Shown here: positions 1-9,800 of the stretch, piece by piece
How positions within the stretch are numbered: position 1 is the stretch's first letter
Layout of the letters: each line of letters starts with the position of its first letter
Source of the DNA: Candidatus Poseidoniaceae archaeon
Lineage (GTDB): Archaea > Thermoplasmatota > Poseidoniia > Poseidoniales > Poseidoniaceae
DNA length: 32,000 nt
Assembly (NCBI GenBank): GCA_943789275.1
Contig: CALSTM010000002.1
Span: 570,001-602,000 of the forward strand
Direction of reading: 5' to 3'
Made by a program: the position numbers and the translations under genes
The notes under the pieces: generated by a model
What the model was told of the DNA's origin: nothing
Database searches by the model: none
The model's input: only the letters and a program-made list of their open reading frames with translations

Positions 1-792
1 GAATGTTCCAGAGAGAATTGCAACCGACAAGAGTGTCAGCAAAAGAGGGATTTCGTATGCCGTTAATTGAGCCGCAGATCGAATTCCACCAATCAATGTG
101 TACTTGTTGTTGGATGACCAGCCCGCAAAGAAAACGCCGATTGGGGCAATTCCAAAAATGGCAATAGCATAGAGGATGGAAAGATCTGGATTGGTTGCAT
201 AAATTCCGCTTGAAAGAGGAATAATGCCCAGAATCAGTAGGGTTGAGGACACGATAAGGAACGGTGAGACCTCAAAAATGAGTTTATCTGCACGACGGGG
301 GACCATGTGTTCCTTCAAAAGAAACTTCATACCATCAGCCACGTTTTGGAAGAAACCTGGCAAAATCGAATAGCCCATCCACGAACGGTTGTTAACACGG
401 TCAACGGTTGGAAAGTTCTCATCCCTGTTACCGAATTTCTTGTTGAGGAACTTGTTGATGGCACCAACAATACCACCGCCAAACGGCAGCATCTTCCACC
501 ATTCTCCAGCAGTAACGCCGTTTTCTCCGACCCAAAGAGAACGGAGAGCGGTGGTTGCACCACGACGGTCGTTCATACGAGCCACAGCCTTTCGTTCGAT
601 CCATAGAATCGCGAATTGACTGAAAAACAGCATCAAAAAGACGATGTTCACGACGGCGAAAGTACCAGCCAAGAAAGCCAAGTCACCTGAGCTTTCTTCG
701 AGTGGCGTCCCTTCAAGGGCCGATGTAATCAACGAAGAGACAATGCTGTCTTTTCCGAGAAAGATACTGCGTAAATCGTAGATGTCATCCAT
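1..792 (-). CDS. nuoH: NADH-quinone oxidoreductase (complex I-like) subunit H, C-terminally truncated by the window edge
   Basis: Absent from the ORF track because it runs off the left edge. My translation from ATG 792..790 gives MDDIYDLRSIFLGKD...WIERKAVARMNDRRG...GFFQNVADGMKFLLKE...FFAGWSSNNKYTLIGGIRSAAQLTAYEIPLLL, which matches NuoH/ND1 signature motifs. A GAGGTGA Shine-Dalgarno lies about 6 nt upstream and overlaps the nuoD stop. Confidence 0.9.
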   Translation of the reverse strand, partial: MDDIYDLRSIFLGKDSIVSSLITSALEGTPLEESSGDLAFLAGTFAVVNIVFLMLFFSQFAILWIERKAVARMNDRRGATTALRSLWVGENGVTAGEWWKMLPFGGGIVGAINKFLNKKFGNRDENFPTVDRVNNRSWMGYSILPGFFQNVADGMKFLLKEHMVPRRADKLIFEVSPFLIVSSTLLILGIIPLSSGIYATNPDLSILYAIAIFGIAPIGVFFAGWSSNNKYTLIGGIRSAAQLTAYEIPLLLTLLSVAILSGTF

Positions 793-803
793 AGTCAATC
801 ACC

Positions 804-1943
804 TCAACGGTCCGTTTCTCCAATGCACGGGTCAAAACTACCCATAATTGCAGGAATGTCTGCAATCTTGTAACCAATCATCGTCTTGGCAACGTAAGGG
901 ATGGTGATGAACATCGGTGAACGAATCGATACACGGTATGGATTCTTTCCACGTCCTTCGCCACCGCCTTGGATGTAGAATTGTGATGCACCACGGGTGC
1001 ATTCGTAGTTGCTGAAGCCAGTAGCTCCTTCAGGAGCCCGGGTTGGAGCCTTTGTGTAAATCATCTCATCACCGCTGGCGTAATTTGTATTCTTTCCGCC
1101 AGGAATCTTGTTGAGTGCATCGAGGACCATTCTGCACGATTGGCGCATCTCTTCCATACGGACACGGTAACGGTCGTAGCAGTCTGCGCCCTTGACAGAT
1201 GTCGGCTTCTCAACTGCTGGCTCCCAATCAATTTCATCGTAAACTGAGTACGGGTGAGCCCAGCGGACGTCGTAATTTACGCCGGCAGCTCGGACGTTCG
1301 GGCCAGATACACCAGCCTCGACCATCGATTCCGCATTCGCATAACCAACGCCTTGCAATCGAACAAGCCAGATGGTCGATTCATCGAGCATCATTTCGTA
1401 TTCATCGAGTCGCTTTTCGAACAATTTTGTCTTTGCAATAACGCGGTCAGCAAATCCGATTGGCATGTCGCGCTTTACTCCACCGATACGTGGGTAATTG
1501 TAGTGCATTCGAGAACCTCCAAGTTCTTGGAGAAGGTCGAGGAACATTTCTCGGTCACGCATGCACCATGTCATCAGTGTCAAGTTGCCAATGTCTGGAC
1601 CGAACGCACCGAGCCACATCAAGTGCGATGCAAGCCGTTGTAATTCAGCCGAGATAAGACGGATGTATTCTGCACGAACCGGCACTTCTGCTTCAAGAAG
1701 GTCTTCGGCTGCATAGATGTAGGAGTTTGCCCACGTCATCGCACTGACGTAACAAAGTCGGTCGCAGTACGGCGTCACTTGAGTGAAATCGCGTGCTTCG
1801 CAAATCTTCTCAACGCCCCGATGAATGTATCCAAGTTCGGCTTCGGTATCGACAACTGTTTCACCGTCAACCTTGACGCGAAGTGTCCACAATCCGTGCG
1901 TCATTGGATGCTGGGGTCCCATTGTAATCCACATTTGTGCCAT
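804..1943 (-). CDS. nuoD: NADH-quinone oxidoreductase subunit D (49-kDa subunit)
   Basis: 379-aa ORF. The N-terminus ...MGPQHPMTHGLWTLRVKVDGE...LGYIHRGVEK and the C-terminus ...FDPCIGETDR are classic NuoD motifs. GAGGT SD lies upstream, next to the nuoC stop. Confidence 0.95.
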   Translation of the reverse strand: MAQMWITMGPQHPMTHGLWTLRVKVDGETVVDTEAELGYIHRGVEKICEARDFTQVTPYCDRLCYVSAMTWANSYIYAAEDLLEAEVPVRAEYIRLISAELQRLASHLMWLGAFGPDIGNLTLMTWCMRDREMFLDLLQELGGSRMHYNYPRIGGVKRDMPIGFADRVIAKTKLFEKRLDEYEMMLDESTIWLVRLQGVGYANAESMVEAGVSGPNVRAAGVNYDVRWAHPYSVYDEIDWEPAVEKPTSVKGADCYDRYRVRMEEMRQSCRMVLDALNKIPGGKNTNYASGDEMIYTKAPTRAPEGATGFSNYECTRGASQFYIQGGGEGRGKNPYRVSIRSPMFITIPYVAKTMIGYKIADIPAIMGSFDPCIGETDR

Positions 1944-1952
1944 AATAATACC

Positions 1953-2606
1953 TCACTTAACACGGCCCTCGTCCGCTGGCTTACGCATGAATCCTTGCGG
2001 ATCATCGTACATTTCATTGTGATCGTGATATCGCAACTTGTGTTGCTTCTGCAGTGGATGGAATCCTTCTGGACTGTCGTTCGGATTGAGAACACGGTGC
2101 ATGTTGACGTGACCTTCGAACTTGATGCCGACCAAATCCCAAGTTTCTTTCTCGTTCCAGTCTGCGCCAACCCAAATACTTTGGATTGAAGGTACTGTAG
2201 GCGAGTCGCCTTGTGGAAGAGGAATAAACACTTCATATTCCATCGGAATATCCATTCCTGAAAGAGCGTTGACGTCATGAACGGTGCATGTGTTTGGTGT
2301 TTGGTCTTGAATCGGTTGCCGCAAGAAATGGTATGCTACTTCCCATCCGCGTTCATCTGGACCATCGGGGAAATGGGTGCCTGTAACCATCGAACAGTAA
2401 TTGACTCCAAGGTCATACTTCATCCATTTTGCCAATGCCAACCAGTGTTGCGGTGGACAAACAATTCGGACGAACGCGTATTTCTTCGCGTTGGAATGGT
2501 TTTGAACGGATGCATCGATGCCGCTTCCGCCAAATCGGTCGTTGATTGCTGCAAGGCTTGCCTCGGCAGCCGACGTGTTTTGTTCCAGGGAAATTGAACC
2601 GACCAT
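1953..2606 (-). CDS. nuoC: NADH-quinone oxidoreductase subunit C (30-kDa subunit)
   Basis: The ORF track extends to 2708, but that extension overlaps nuoB. ATG at 2606 (MVGSISLEQ...) sits 1 nt after the nuoB stop and has a GGAGAGGA SD. The body carries the NuoC-like ...WEVAYHFL...ADWNEKETWDLVGIKFEGH... segment. Confidence 0.9.
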   Translation of the reverse strand: MVGSISLEQNTSAAEASLAAINDRFGGSGIDASVQNHSNAKKYAFVRIVCPPQHWLALAKWMKYDLGVNYCSMVTGTHFPDGPDERGWEVAYHFLRQPIQDQTPNTCTVHDVNALSGMDIPMEYEVFIPLPQGDSPTVPSIQSIWVGADWNEKETWDLVGIKFEGHVNMHRVLNPNDSPEGFHPLQKQHKLRYHDHNEMYDDPQGFMRKPADEGRVK

Positions 2607-2607
2607 C

Positions 2608-3201
2608 TCAGTCCTCTCCCACGATGACTGGCTTTTCGCTGGCTCTTTGGACGCTTGGAGCGCCGCCAATTCGAATGATTTTCTCCCGTAGCAATCCAAA
2701 GCCGTCAATCAACGCTTCGGGCCGCGGAGGGCAGCCGGGGATGTAGACATCGACCGGGATGACGGTGTCGACGCCTTCGAGAATGTTGTACGATTGGAAG
2801 TAAGGTCCGCCGGAGATTGCGCATTCGCCCATGGCGATGCAGTACTTTGGCTCGGGCATTTGCTCCCATAGACGAACAACCTTGTCAGCGAATTTCTTTG
2901 AGATTGGCCCATTGATGAGCAGAACATCTGATTGTCGAGGTGATGAACGGAACAAAACCCCGAATCGGTCGCCGTCAAATCGAGGCGTTGCCGCAGCCGC
3001 CATCTCGATAGCACAGCACTTGATACCCAAGTGGAGCGTAAACAAGGACTTGCGTCCAGCCCAATTGAAATACCGGCCTGCAAGAACGCCGAGGAACTTC
3101 TTGATGCGTGTTGCCTTGAGAGCTTCATCGGTGACACCACCAACCATCTCAACCAATGCACGACTGTTGAATGCTGCGAAATTTTCTCCTGCTTCTGCCA
3201 T
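2608..3201 (-). CDS. nuoB: NADH-quinone oxidoreductase subunit B (20-kDa, N2 Fe-S subunit)
   Basis: Motifs CCAIEM, SPRQSDVLLINGPISKK, MGECAISGGPY and IPGCPPRPEAL. The track start (GTG 3210) lies inside the GAGGTG SD, so I take ATG 3201 (MAEAGENF...). Confidence 0.95.
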   Translation of the reverse strand: MAEAGENFAAFNSRALVEMVGGVTDEALKATRIKKFLGVLAGRYFNWAGRKSLFTLHLGIKCCAIEMAAAATPRFDGDRFGVLFRSSPRQSDVLLINGPISKKFADKVVRLWEQMPEPKYCIAMGECAISGGPYFQSYNILEGVDTVIPVDVYIPGCPPRPEALIDGFGLLREKIIRIGGAPSVQRASEKPVIVGED

Positions 3202-3211
3202 GATATTCACC

Positions 3212-3685
3212 TCAAATGTAAATGCGCCCTCGCTTACGGAACACGTACCAAACGCCGAGAGACATTATGGCAAAGAAAAGGGCGAGGAGCGTCAGTGCAC
3301 TCTTGGCTTCCGACACTGCGTTGTCTGCTGCGCCTGGGGTTGTTGCATCGGCTGCAACCATGCCGCCGAGTACGAGGAACATGAAGGCGACATCGAAAAC
3401 GAGGAAGATAATAGCGTACCAGTAGTATTGGAAGTGGAATTGAATCATCGCATCCCCGACCGGTTCACTGCCACACTCGAAGGTGGTCAAACGACGAGGA
3501 TAGAGGCTGTGGTCGCGCTCATAGCCTTCCAGAAGATACGAGCGTGTAATGTGAGGTCGAGCAGGATCAACACGAGGGCGGACAACCCAAGTTATGAGGA
3601 AATTTGTCAGCGGCATGATGATTCCAAGAACCGTCAAAAATCCAATTGAGAGGTACGCACTTGGAACCGATTCGAGTCCGGACAT
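3212..3685 (-). CDS. nuoA: NADH-quinone oxidoreductase subunit A
   Basis: FECGSEPVGDA...QFHFQYYWYAIIFLVFDVAFMFLV is the NuoA core. The track ORF starts at GTG 3742. ATG 3685 (MSGLESVP...) has a GGTGA SD at the same spacing as nuoB, and ATG 3697 is an alternative. Confidence 0.85.
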   Translation of the reverse strand: MSGLESVPSAYLSIGFLTVLGIIMPLTNFLITWVVRPRVDPARPHITRSYLLEGYERDHSLYPRRLTTFECGSEPVGDAMIQFHFQYYWYAIIFLVFDVAFMFLVLGGMVAADATTPGAADNAVSEAKSALTLLALFFAIMSLGVWYVFRKRGRIYI

Positions 3686-3825
3686 ATATTCACCCATGTG
3701 CAAAGCATACGCTCCGCATTCTTTGCGACTTGAGGGACTCACATAAGTATTCCCAAAACATCACGAGGAAAAGAGCGTATCTACCATTCTTGAAACCGGA
3801 CCACTGCAAGGCAGTAAGCAGAACT

Positions 3826-6756
3826 TCAAGACCGTGAACCACGGATGAATGACCTCAAGACCAAAACAGCGAGAACCGTCATCACCAATCCAAGGCCGTA
3901 GGTCACCGCTTCTTCGCTTTCAAGCCCAAGACTCAACCAACCTGAAGCTACTTCGCCGGTGACGGTAAACTCAACGTTTTCTCTGTCGACAACACCTGTT
4001 TCAACGGGTTCAGCAGAGAGGGTGAACTTGTAAGTGTCCGAAACCTCTGCTCCGACCGGTGGTTGGACAACCACTTTGATGACGATTGTTTGGCCAACAT
4101 CAAGTTCGCAGATGAACTCCTTCACCGTTTTATCGCAGTAATTTTGCTCAGAGGGTTCGCGCAAATCAACAGACCAGCCACGGAAACTCTCAGAAGAAAA
4201 GATGTTCACTTCGCCGTTGATATTACCCGTGTTGGTGATGTTTACGAGCAGTGTCTTTGTATCAGGATAAGAAAGTACACTCTCTGTTGGCGTGTTCTCA
4301 AGGTCGAATTCAAACGCATAGAGAATTTGTACATCGAGTGCAATATCGAAATGACCGGAACGGTTTGCAGCATTTTTCGTACTGATGACAACGACTTCAA
4401 GTATGCCGCCATCACCTGTTTCCGCACTAGGGTTGACGGTTAATTCCATTTCGAAATACATTTCAAATGGACGTGCATCATACCCGCCAGCACACAAGCC
4501 AAGTTCACACATCTGTGTTTCAGCAGCATCTTTCGTCGAGCCGACAATGGCTTCATTTGAACCGTCGAGCAAGAACATGCTGTTGTTCTGATCCCAGATT
4601 CCGTAGCCGACTGGTACATCAATCGAACCGTCGACTGGAAGGCCATTAAGAGTGAGTGTACGGGTTGCGATTCCTTCAAGTCCTGAAATATCAAACACCG
4701 CTTTATCGTTACCGTCACCAGTGTTCTTGACCCAAAAGCCGTATGTTTGAGTGCCAGAAGGCGGTAATAAAGCCGTACCAGAGCGCTGGTCAAGTCCACC
4801 ATCGACAAGACGCACATCCATTGCAAATACGCGGTCGGAGAGAATTGCTAAGAATTTGAACTCACGTTGGTTGTCCGGCAAACCATCACCATCTTGGTCT
4901 CCAGAGTTGGTTGAGTCATCCTTGTTGATGATACGTACAGTTACCCGTGATGAGGAAAGTTCCTCTTCGCCGTCGATGCTAACGACCATGAAAACTTGGA
5001 CTGAGGATTGTGCTGCTACTGCGATACCTTGTGATGATGAAATGATATTGCCGTCGCTGTCTTCACAATAAACATCCCATTCTGGAGATGCTGTTTGGTC
5101 CTGTTCTATACATCGATAATTATCTTCGATGTTTCCGGTGTTCTGAATGGTTACTGGGAACTTCACCAGAGAACCTGAACGACCGGTTTGTTCGAGTGCT
5201 GTTGCTTGAGCTTCGATGCCATGAATGGCTTTCACCGAAACGGTTAGTGTAACCTCTGCATAAGCCACTCCACCGCCAGCAGGTAGAACTGAGAAGGCGA
5301 TTTCAACTTGTTCAGTTGCTAAGGCATAGGAAGGTAAAGTGACGACGACTCCGACCGTTTCACTCTTATCGGAGCCGTGCTTTGAGCCGACTGAAACGGT
5401 GGTTGAATCCAACTGTACGCTCCATCCTGCCGGAGGTGCCGAAGATGAAACTCGTAGATTGTCAAGTCCATTGCCTTGATTGGTCACGGTGAGAGAGACT
5501 GTACCGTTCGCACCAGGCTCTACATTGCTGAGACTGGAGGTGGAAAGAGAAAGTGACGCCCCAAACGACTGACCGACAATCACTCGCAACTCTTTGGAAC
5601 ACTTCACCGTGTTACCATCTTTAGCGAGAATCTGAATCACAGTTTCGTCGCCAGCCGTAACGGAATCGTCCGGTGAGACGATCAAATCGAACGTTCGGCT
5701 GCCGTCACCATCATCGTAAGGCAAAAGGCCAGAAGAGGAACCATCAAACGAAACCCAGCCTGCACGGCTTCCCGTTTTGGCCATGGTGACAGACCAATCG
5801 CTGTTCCCGGTGTTTTCAAGCGTCGCAGTCAATTCAGATTCTTCACCAGGGTCCACCGTCATGCTCGATTTGGAGAGCGACATTTCACATTCATGCAGTT
5901 CGGGGACTGTGAGGTCAAACTCTTCGACATCGGAGGCTTCCTGAGAAGGGTCATTGGTCACAGAGCCGGTTATTTCCCAGCAGTATTTACTTGCCGCTTG
6001 GCCTTCGGGGACTTCAACAGAAACGGTGACTGTCTCAGTTTCTTCTTGGTCAAGCGCGACGGTATCGTCGCTTAGATCAACGGTGAGGTCGTCGACATTG
6101 CCAATGCAACCGTTGCCATCTGCTTCAGCAAGCGACAGAGCGATTGTTTCATTGGTCTGACCGGTGTTTTCGACGATGACATCGAACTCCATCACCGATT
6201 CTCCTGCCCATTGTTGACTTCTTTGTGATTCAGAAGCCATCGATAAGTCGACTCCAAAAACCGCTGAGCCCGACCCATCCCCTGCCGTCGTGGTAACGAT
6301 CTTTGTTTCTGTAGCAGGCTGCCCTGCGACTTCAGGAGGAGTAGGTGCTTCAGTTGCTTGAGCAGTGATGGTCGTATCGCAAGTTCCTTCCGCAGTTTGC
6401 GAAAGGGAGATGTTCATGGTTGTTTCACCGAAGTCGTTTGATTCAACTACACCGGGAATGGGTTGAATGGTCGATGTGTATTGACTGCATTCTTGAGTTG
6501 CTTCTTCACTGGTGGACAGCGTTAGAGTCACGGCCACTGGACCGTTGTTGTAGACTCGGACCGTGTATTCGCCTGCCTCTCCAGGGTTCACTTCAAGTCC
6601 GTTAGCGGGACTTGTCTGGATGGTAATGCTCGCATCTCGAGCCTCATCTGCAACCGCACCTGGTGCAATCATTGGCAAAAGGGAGAGCATGAGGAGTCCA
6701 GTCAGGAAGAGTGCACGTTTTGATGCGTGACTTTGTTTCTGTTCTCGGGGGTCCAT
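3826..6756 (-). CDS. Large secreted cell-surface protein with multiple CARDB-like beta-sandwich repeats and a C-terminal TM anchor
   Basis: Signal peptide MDPREQKQSHASKRALFLTGLLMLSLLPMIAPGAVA from the first ATG (6756); the track start 6810 is TTG. At least seven repeats carry the x-N-x-G-N motif (VYNNGPVAV, VENTGQTNE, LENTGNSDW, VTNQGNGLD, IQNTGNIED, VKNTGDGND, ITNTGNING). The C-terminus YGLGLVMTVLAVLVLRSFIRGSRS is a TM helix with a basic tail. Confidence 0.85.
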   Translation of the reverse strand: MDPREQKQSHASKRALFLTGLLMLSLLPMIAPGAVADEARDASITIQTSPANGLEVNPGEAGEYTVRVYNNGPVAVTLTLSTSEEATQECSQYTSTIQPIPGVVESNDFGETTMNISLSQTAEGTCDTTITAQATEAPTPPEVAGQPATETKIVTTTAGDGSGSAVFGVDLSMASESQRSQQWAGESVMEFDVIVENTGQTNETIALSLAEADGNGCIGNVDDLTVDLSDDTVALDQEETETVTVSVEVPEGQAASKYCWEITGSVTNDPSQEASDVEEFDLTVPELHECEMSLSKSSMTVDPGEESELTATLENTGNSDWSVTMAKTGSRAGWVSFDGSSSGLLPYDDGDGSRTFDLIVSPDDSVTAGDETVIQILAKDGNTVKCSKELRVIVGQSFGASLSLSTSSLSNVEPGANGTVSLTVTNQGNGLDNLRVSSSAPPAGWSVQLDSTTVSVGSKHGSDKSETVGVVVTLPSYALATEQVEIAFSVLPAGGGVAYAEVTLTVSVKAIHGIEAQATALEQTGRSGSLVKFPVTIQNTGNIEDNYRCIEQDQTASPEWDVYCEDSDGNIISSSQGIAVAAQSSVQVFMVVSIDGEEELSSSRVTVRIINKDDSTNSGDQDGDGLPDNQREFKFLAILSDRVFAMDVRLVDGGLDQRSGTALLPPSGTQTYGFWVKNTGDGNDKAVFDISGLEGIATRTLTLNGLPVDGSIDVPVGYGIWDQNNSMFLLDGSNEAIVGSTKDAAETQMCELGLCAGGYDARPFEMYFEMELTVNPSAETGDGGILEVVVISTKNAANRSGHFDIALDVQILYAFEFDLENTPTESVLSYPDTKTLLVNITNTGNINGEVNIFSSESFRGWSVDLREPSEQNYCDKTVKEFICELDVGQTIVIKVVVQPPVGAEVSDTYKFTLSAEPVETGVVDRENVEFTVTGEVASGWLSLGLESEEAVTYGLGLVMTVLAVLVLRSFIRGSRS

Positions 6757-6829
6757 GACCCCCGGTGGAAGCCTTACTATCAAAAGGCTACCCACGGATG
6801 TTTCAAGCAACAGTGACTAATTTATCAAC

Positions 6830-9800
6830 TCATGCTTGAACGAAGGTCGTCGTAGAAGCCTGACAGTTAACGCATTGCTGAAGAGAACTGGACGTGCATG
6901 ATTGTTCATCTTGTCGATGGTAACGAGCGCCGCATCCTGGACATCCGAGCATTGGTCCTGTTATGGCTTGGCGGCATGACCAACATGTTGGTGCTGGGAC
7001 GGTGCTAGCACCTTGCGCTGCAATCGGAGGTGCAACTGATGCCCCAGGCGTCAACGTAAAGTTTGATGGACCGTTAAAATTGTACTCCGGGTCTGATTTA
7101 CGACGTGAGAGCAAAAGTCCACCGATGAGTAAAGCAACAACAAGGGCGCCGATGCCGATTGCAGTGATTGGCAAGCCTTGTCCAGATGTACCGGTCGGTT
7201 CACCGGAAGCGGAAAGGGAGAATTCGAATGAGGCATTTGTCATTAACTCAGCCCCTTGCAACCCGACTGTGATGGTGCCCTGGCCAGGGCGGTCAGCTCG
7301 AACGAGGAGGCGGATCTTTGTCGATTCACCCGGTTCTAAATTCAAAACATCATTACCATCGACAGTGACCGCCCAATCTTTGGAACCACCGACAACAACT
7401 TTGTGCGAATACACAATGTTTCCGACATTGGTCAACGTGACTTGTATCTGTTCTTGTGAACCGGTGGTCAATTCGGATGTGCGCTCCATCAACCATGCCG
7501 ATTCAATGACTGTGGCAACCAAGAGCCCTATGTTTTGTGTCGATTCAACGTCATCTCCAGTGAGTTTTAGAACAAAAGAGGGTTCCGAAAGCGGTTCCAT
7601 CGATGAAGAGATGATGACGGTGCATGTGACTGGAACGAGACTTCCAAATCCAATTGAATCGATGGTTGAACACTCGCCAAACAGTCCACTTGAGAGGGTT
7701 ACAGATGCAGTAGGCTGCCATACAACATTGGCATCATTGCCGATTAACCACGTGAATTCAAGAGGTACACCGGTAGGATGTGAGCCGGCTCCAAAGGGAG
7801 TATCCCATGTTTCGCCACCGTATGCTAACTGGACGAAGTTGATGGTCGGTTGTGCAAGCAATTCGACATTGAATTCTCCAATCCAAGTCATGCGTTCTGA
7901 ATCGCTGTCAAGATGCAACTTTACCTGACCCGAGGTACCAGTGCCGTCTCCTGAAATGCCAAACAACAAATTTTTCGAGGATGTCCACGGAAGGTCAAAC
8001 GCCTCCATTCCAGAGGTGACTGACCAGCCTGATGGGAGTTCAAACGAAGGAGTAAACGAAAGGTCGACGTTCCCTCTATGCTCGAGAGTAAACAGCATAC
8101 TGAACGACGAATCCGGACGTAACACGCCAATATTCGATTCGAGATCAATGTCGACGGCTTTGACCGTTTCAACCTTGATAGGGATATCGAAAACCCAACT
8201 TTCCGTTACCTCAGTTTGCGAAATCGCAGTCAAACGAACCATTCGTTCAGCACCTGCTCCGGTCATGACTTGCGGTGGAGTAAACGACATCCCGATATCA
8301 CGATGCGTGTCTCTCGTGATGAGCCCTGTCGAACCTGAACTCGCACCTGGAACACTGGACAGCGTATCGAAGCCAGCGTCCCAACCTGCGGGTGCTTCAA
8401 GGAATAAATCATAACCAATGTTGGCGTTTCCGATGTTAAAAAGTCGAATATCAATACTGGTGGGTTCAATCGGTGAGACGGGAACAACTTGGTAATCGTA
8501 CTCCAAACGGAGGTCAGGGAGGTCCGGAACGACGAAGTAGAGCATGTATGGATAGTCGACGCCATTATCAACATCGAAACCGAGTAAATCGATACGATAC
8601 GTGCCTGGGAGAGGAGGGGTGGGATGAACAAGCGTTACAACGATATTCGCAGATTCTTGTCCATCAAGCGTGAAATTCGATTCGTTTGCGCCAACATACC
8701 ACGGCATGTTCTGACTCGATTGTTCATTGAACACGTCTTGCGTGATAAGACTCGCATTGGTCGGAACAAGAGCCGTATTGGTGAGAACGAGATTCCACGA
8801 AGTGGTTGATTCCGAGGTGTTGAACAGCGTGATGGTTTGTGGCTCTGCTGACAGCTTTACCCCTGGCGCCGTGACGTTCACCATCACGTCATGACGGTTG
8901 TTATTTTCCAAAATCTCTTCGATGTCATCGTTGGCATCGATGATGAAGGAAAGCGTTGATTGGCCAGCGACTTGTGGCGTCCAAGACCATACCTGCGTCT
9001 TGGTTGAGCCCGCCCCCAAATCAATGGATTTGGAATCGAGAGTTACCCCGTCGACCTCAAACTCCATGTCGAAAAAGCCAGAGCGGACGTTTCCGACGTT
9101 GAACACTTTGGTTGTAATTTGCAATTCATCACCGACTTGAGGAATGGTTACGGACATTGAAAATTCATCCTCAAGGACGACCGGGTCGGGTCGTAAGTCA
9201 TTGACTCCATGGCCCATAACGGCAAGCGCAAACGGTTGGGCTCTGCTTCCACCGTGGAAGGAATCCTTTACTTTGACCGTCCAAATGCCAATCTCTGCGT
9301 TGTCGACTAGAACGACTTCGACGTTGTTAATCGCGTCGGATACTCCGTCGGTCGTGGAACGACCGTTTGAAAAATCGTTCCCCAAGAAAACCTCACCGTT
9401 TGGGTTCGTGACTTCGATATCGAGATTGTTGACCAATTGCGTGTTTGAAAATGGAGAGCCTCGTTCGTCCGACCACGCAAGTACCGTCTTGAATCCGGAA
9501 TTACCCTGCGAGATGTTGAACGTGTAGGTCTTTGAGTTCCCAGTTCCTGAAAGAACTGAGCGGTCATCGACCCAAATCCCTTGTCCCGATGTAGGTGCAA
9601 GAGTGTTGCGTAGATTCAGGCGCCCCCACCCTTCGTCATCGTTTGGAATGTCGCGCGAGCCAACATCCTCAGCGCCTAAAATGAGCAAGGCCTTGACCAA
9701 TGCTCCTTGAGGCGATGGTCTTTGGGCAACTTCTTCCAGATATTCGCGTACCATCACCGCTGCTCCTGCAGCATTTGGGGTCGCCATGGAAGTCCCGGTG

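Noticed and set aside
2607-2708. N-terminal extension of the nuoC ORF overlapping nuoB by 100 nt
   Set aside because: ATG 2606 lies 1 nt after the nuoB stop and has a GGAGAGGA SD. The extension has no NuoC similarity.
2831-3649. 272-aa plus-strand ORF, and similar long antisense ORFs such as 6963..7928, 12697..13296, 13505..14155, 17833..18399 and 7941..8414
   Set aside because: All lie entirely antisense to strongly supported minus-strand genes (nuoA/B, the subtilase, the giant protein, the PKD protein). Their compositions are low-complexity and Ser/Arg/Pro-rich, typical of shadow ORFs.
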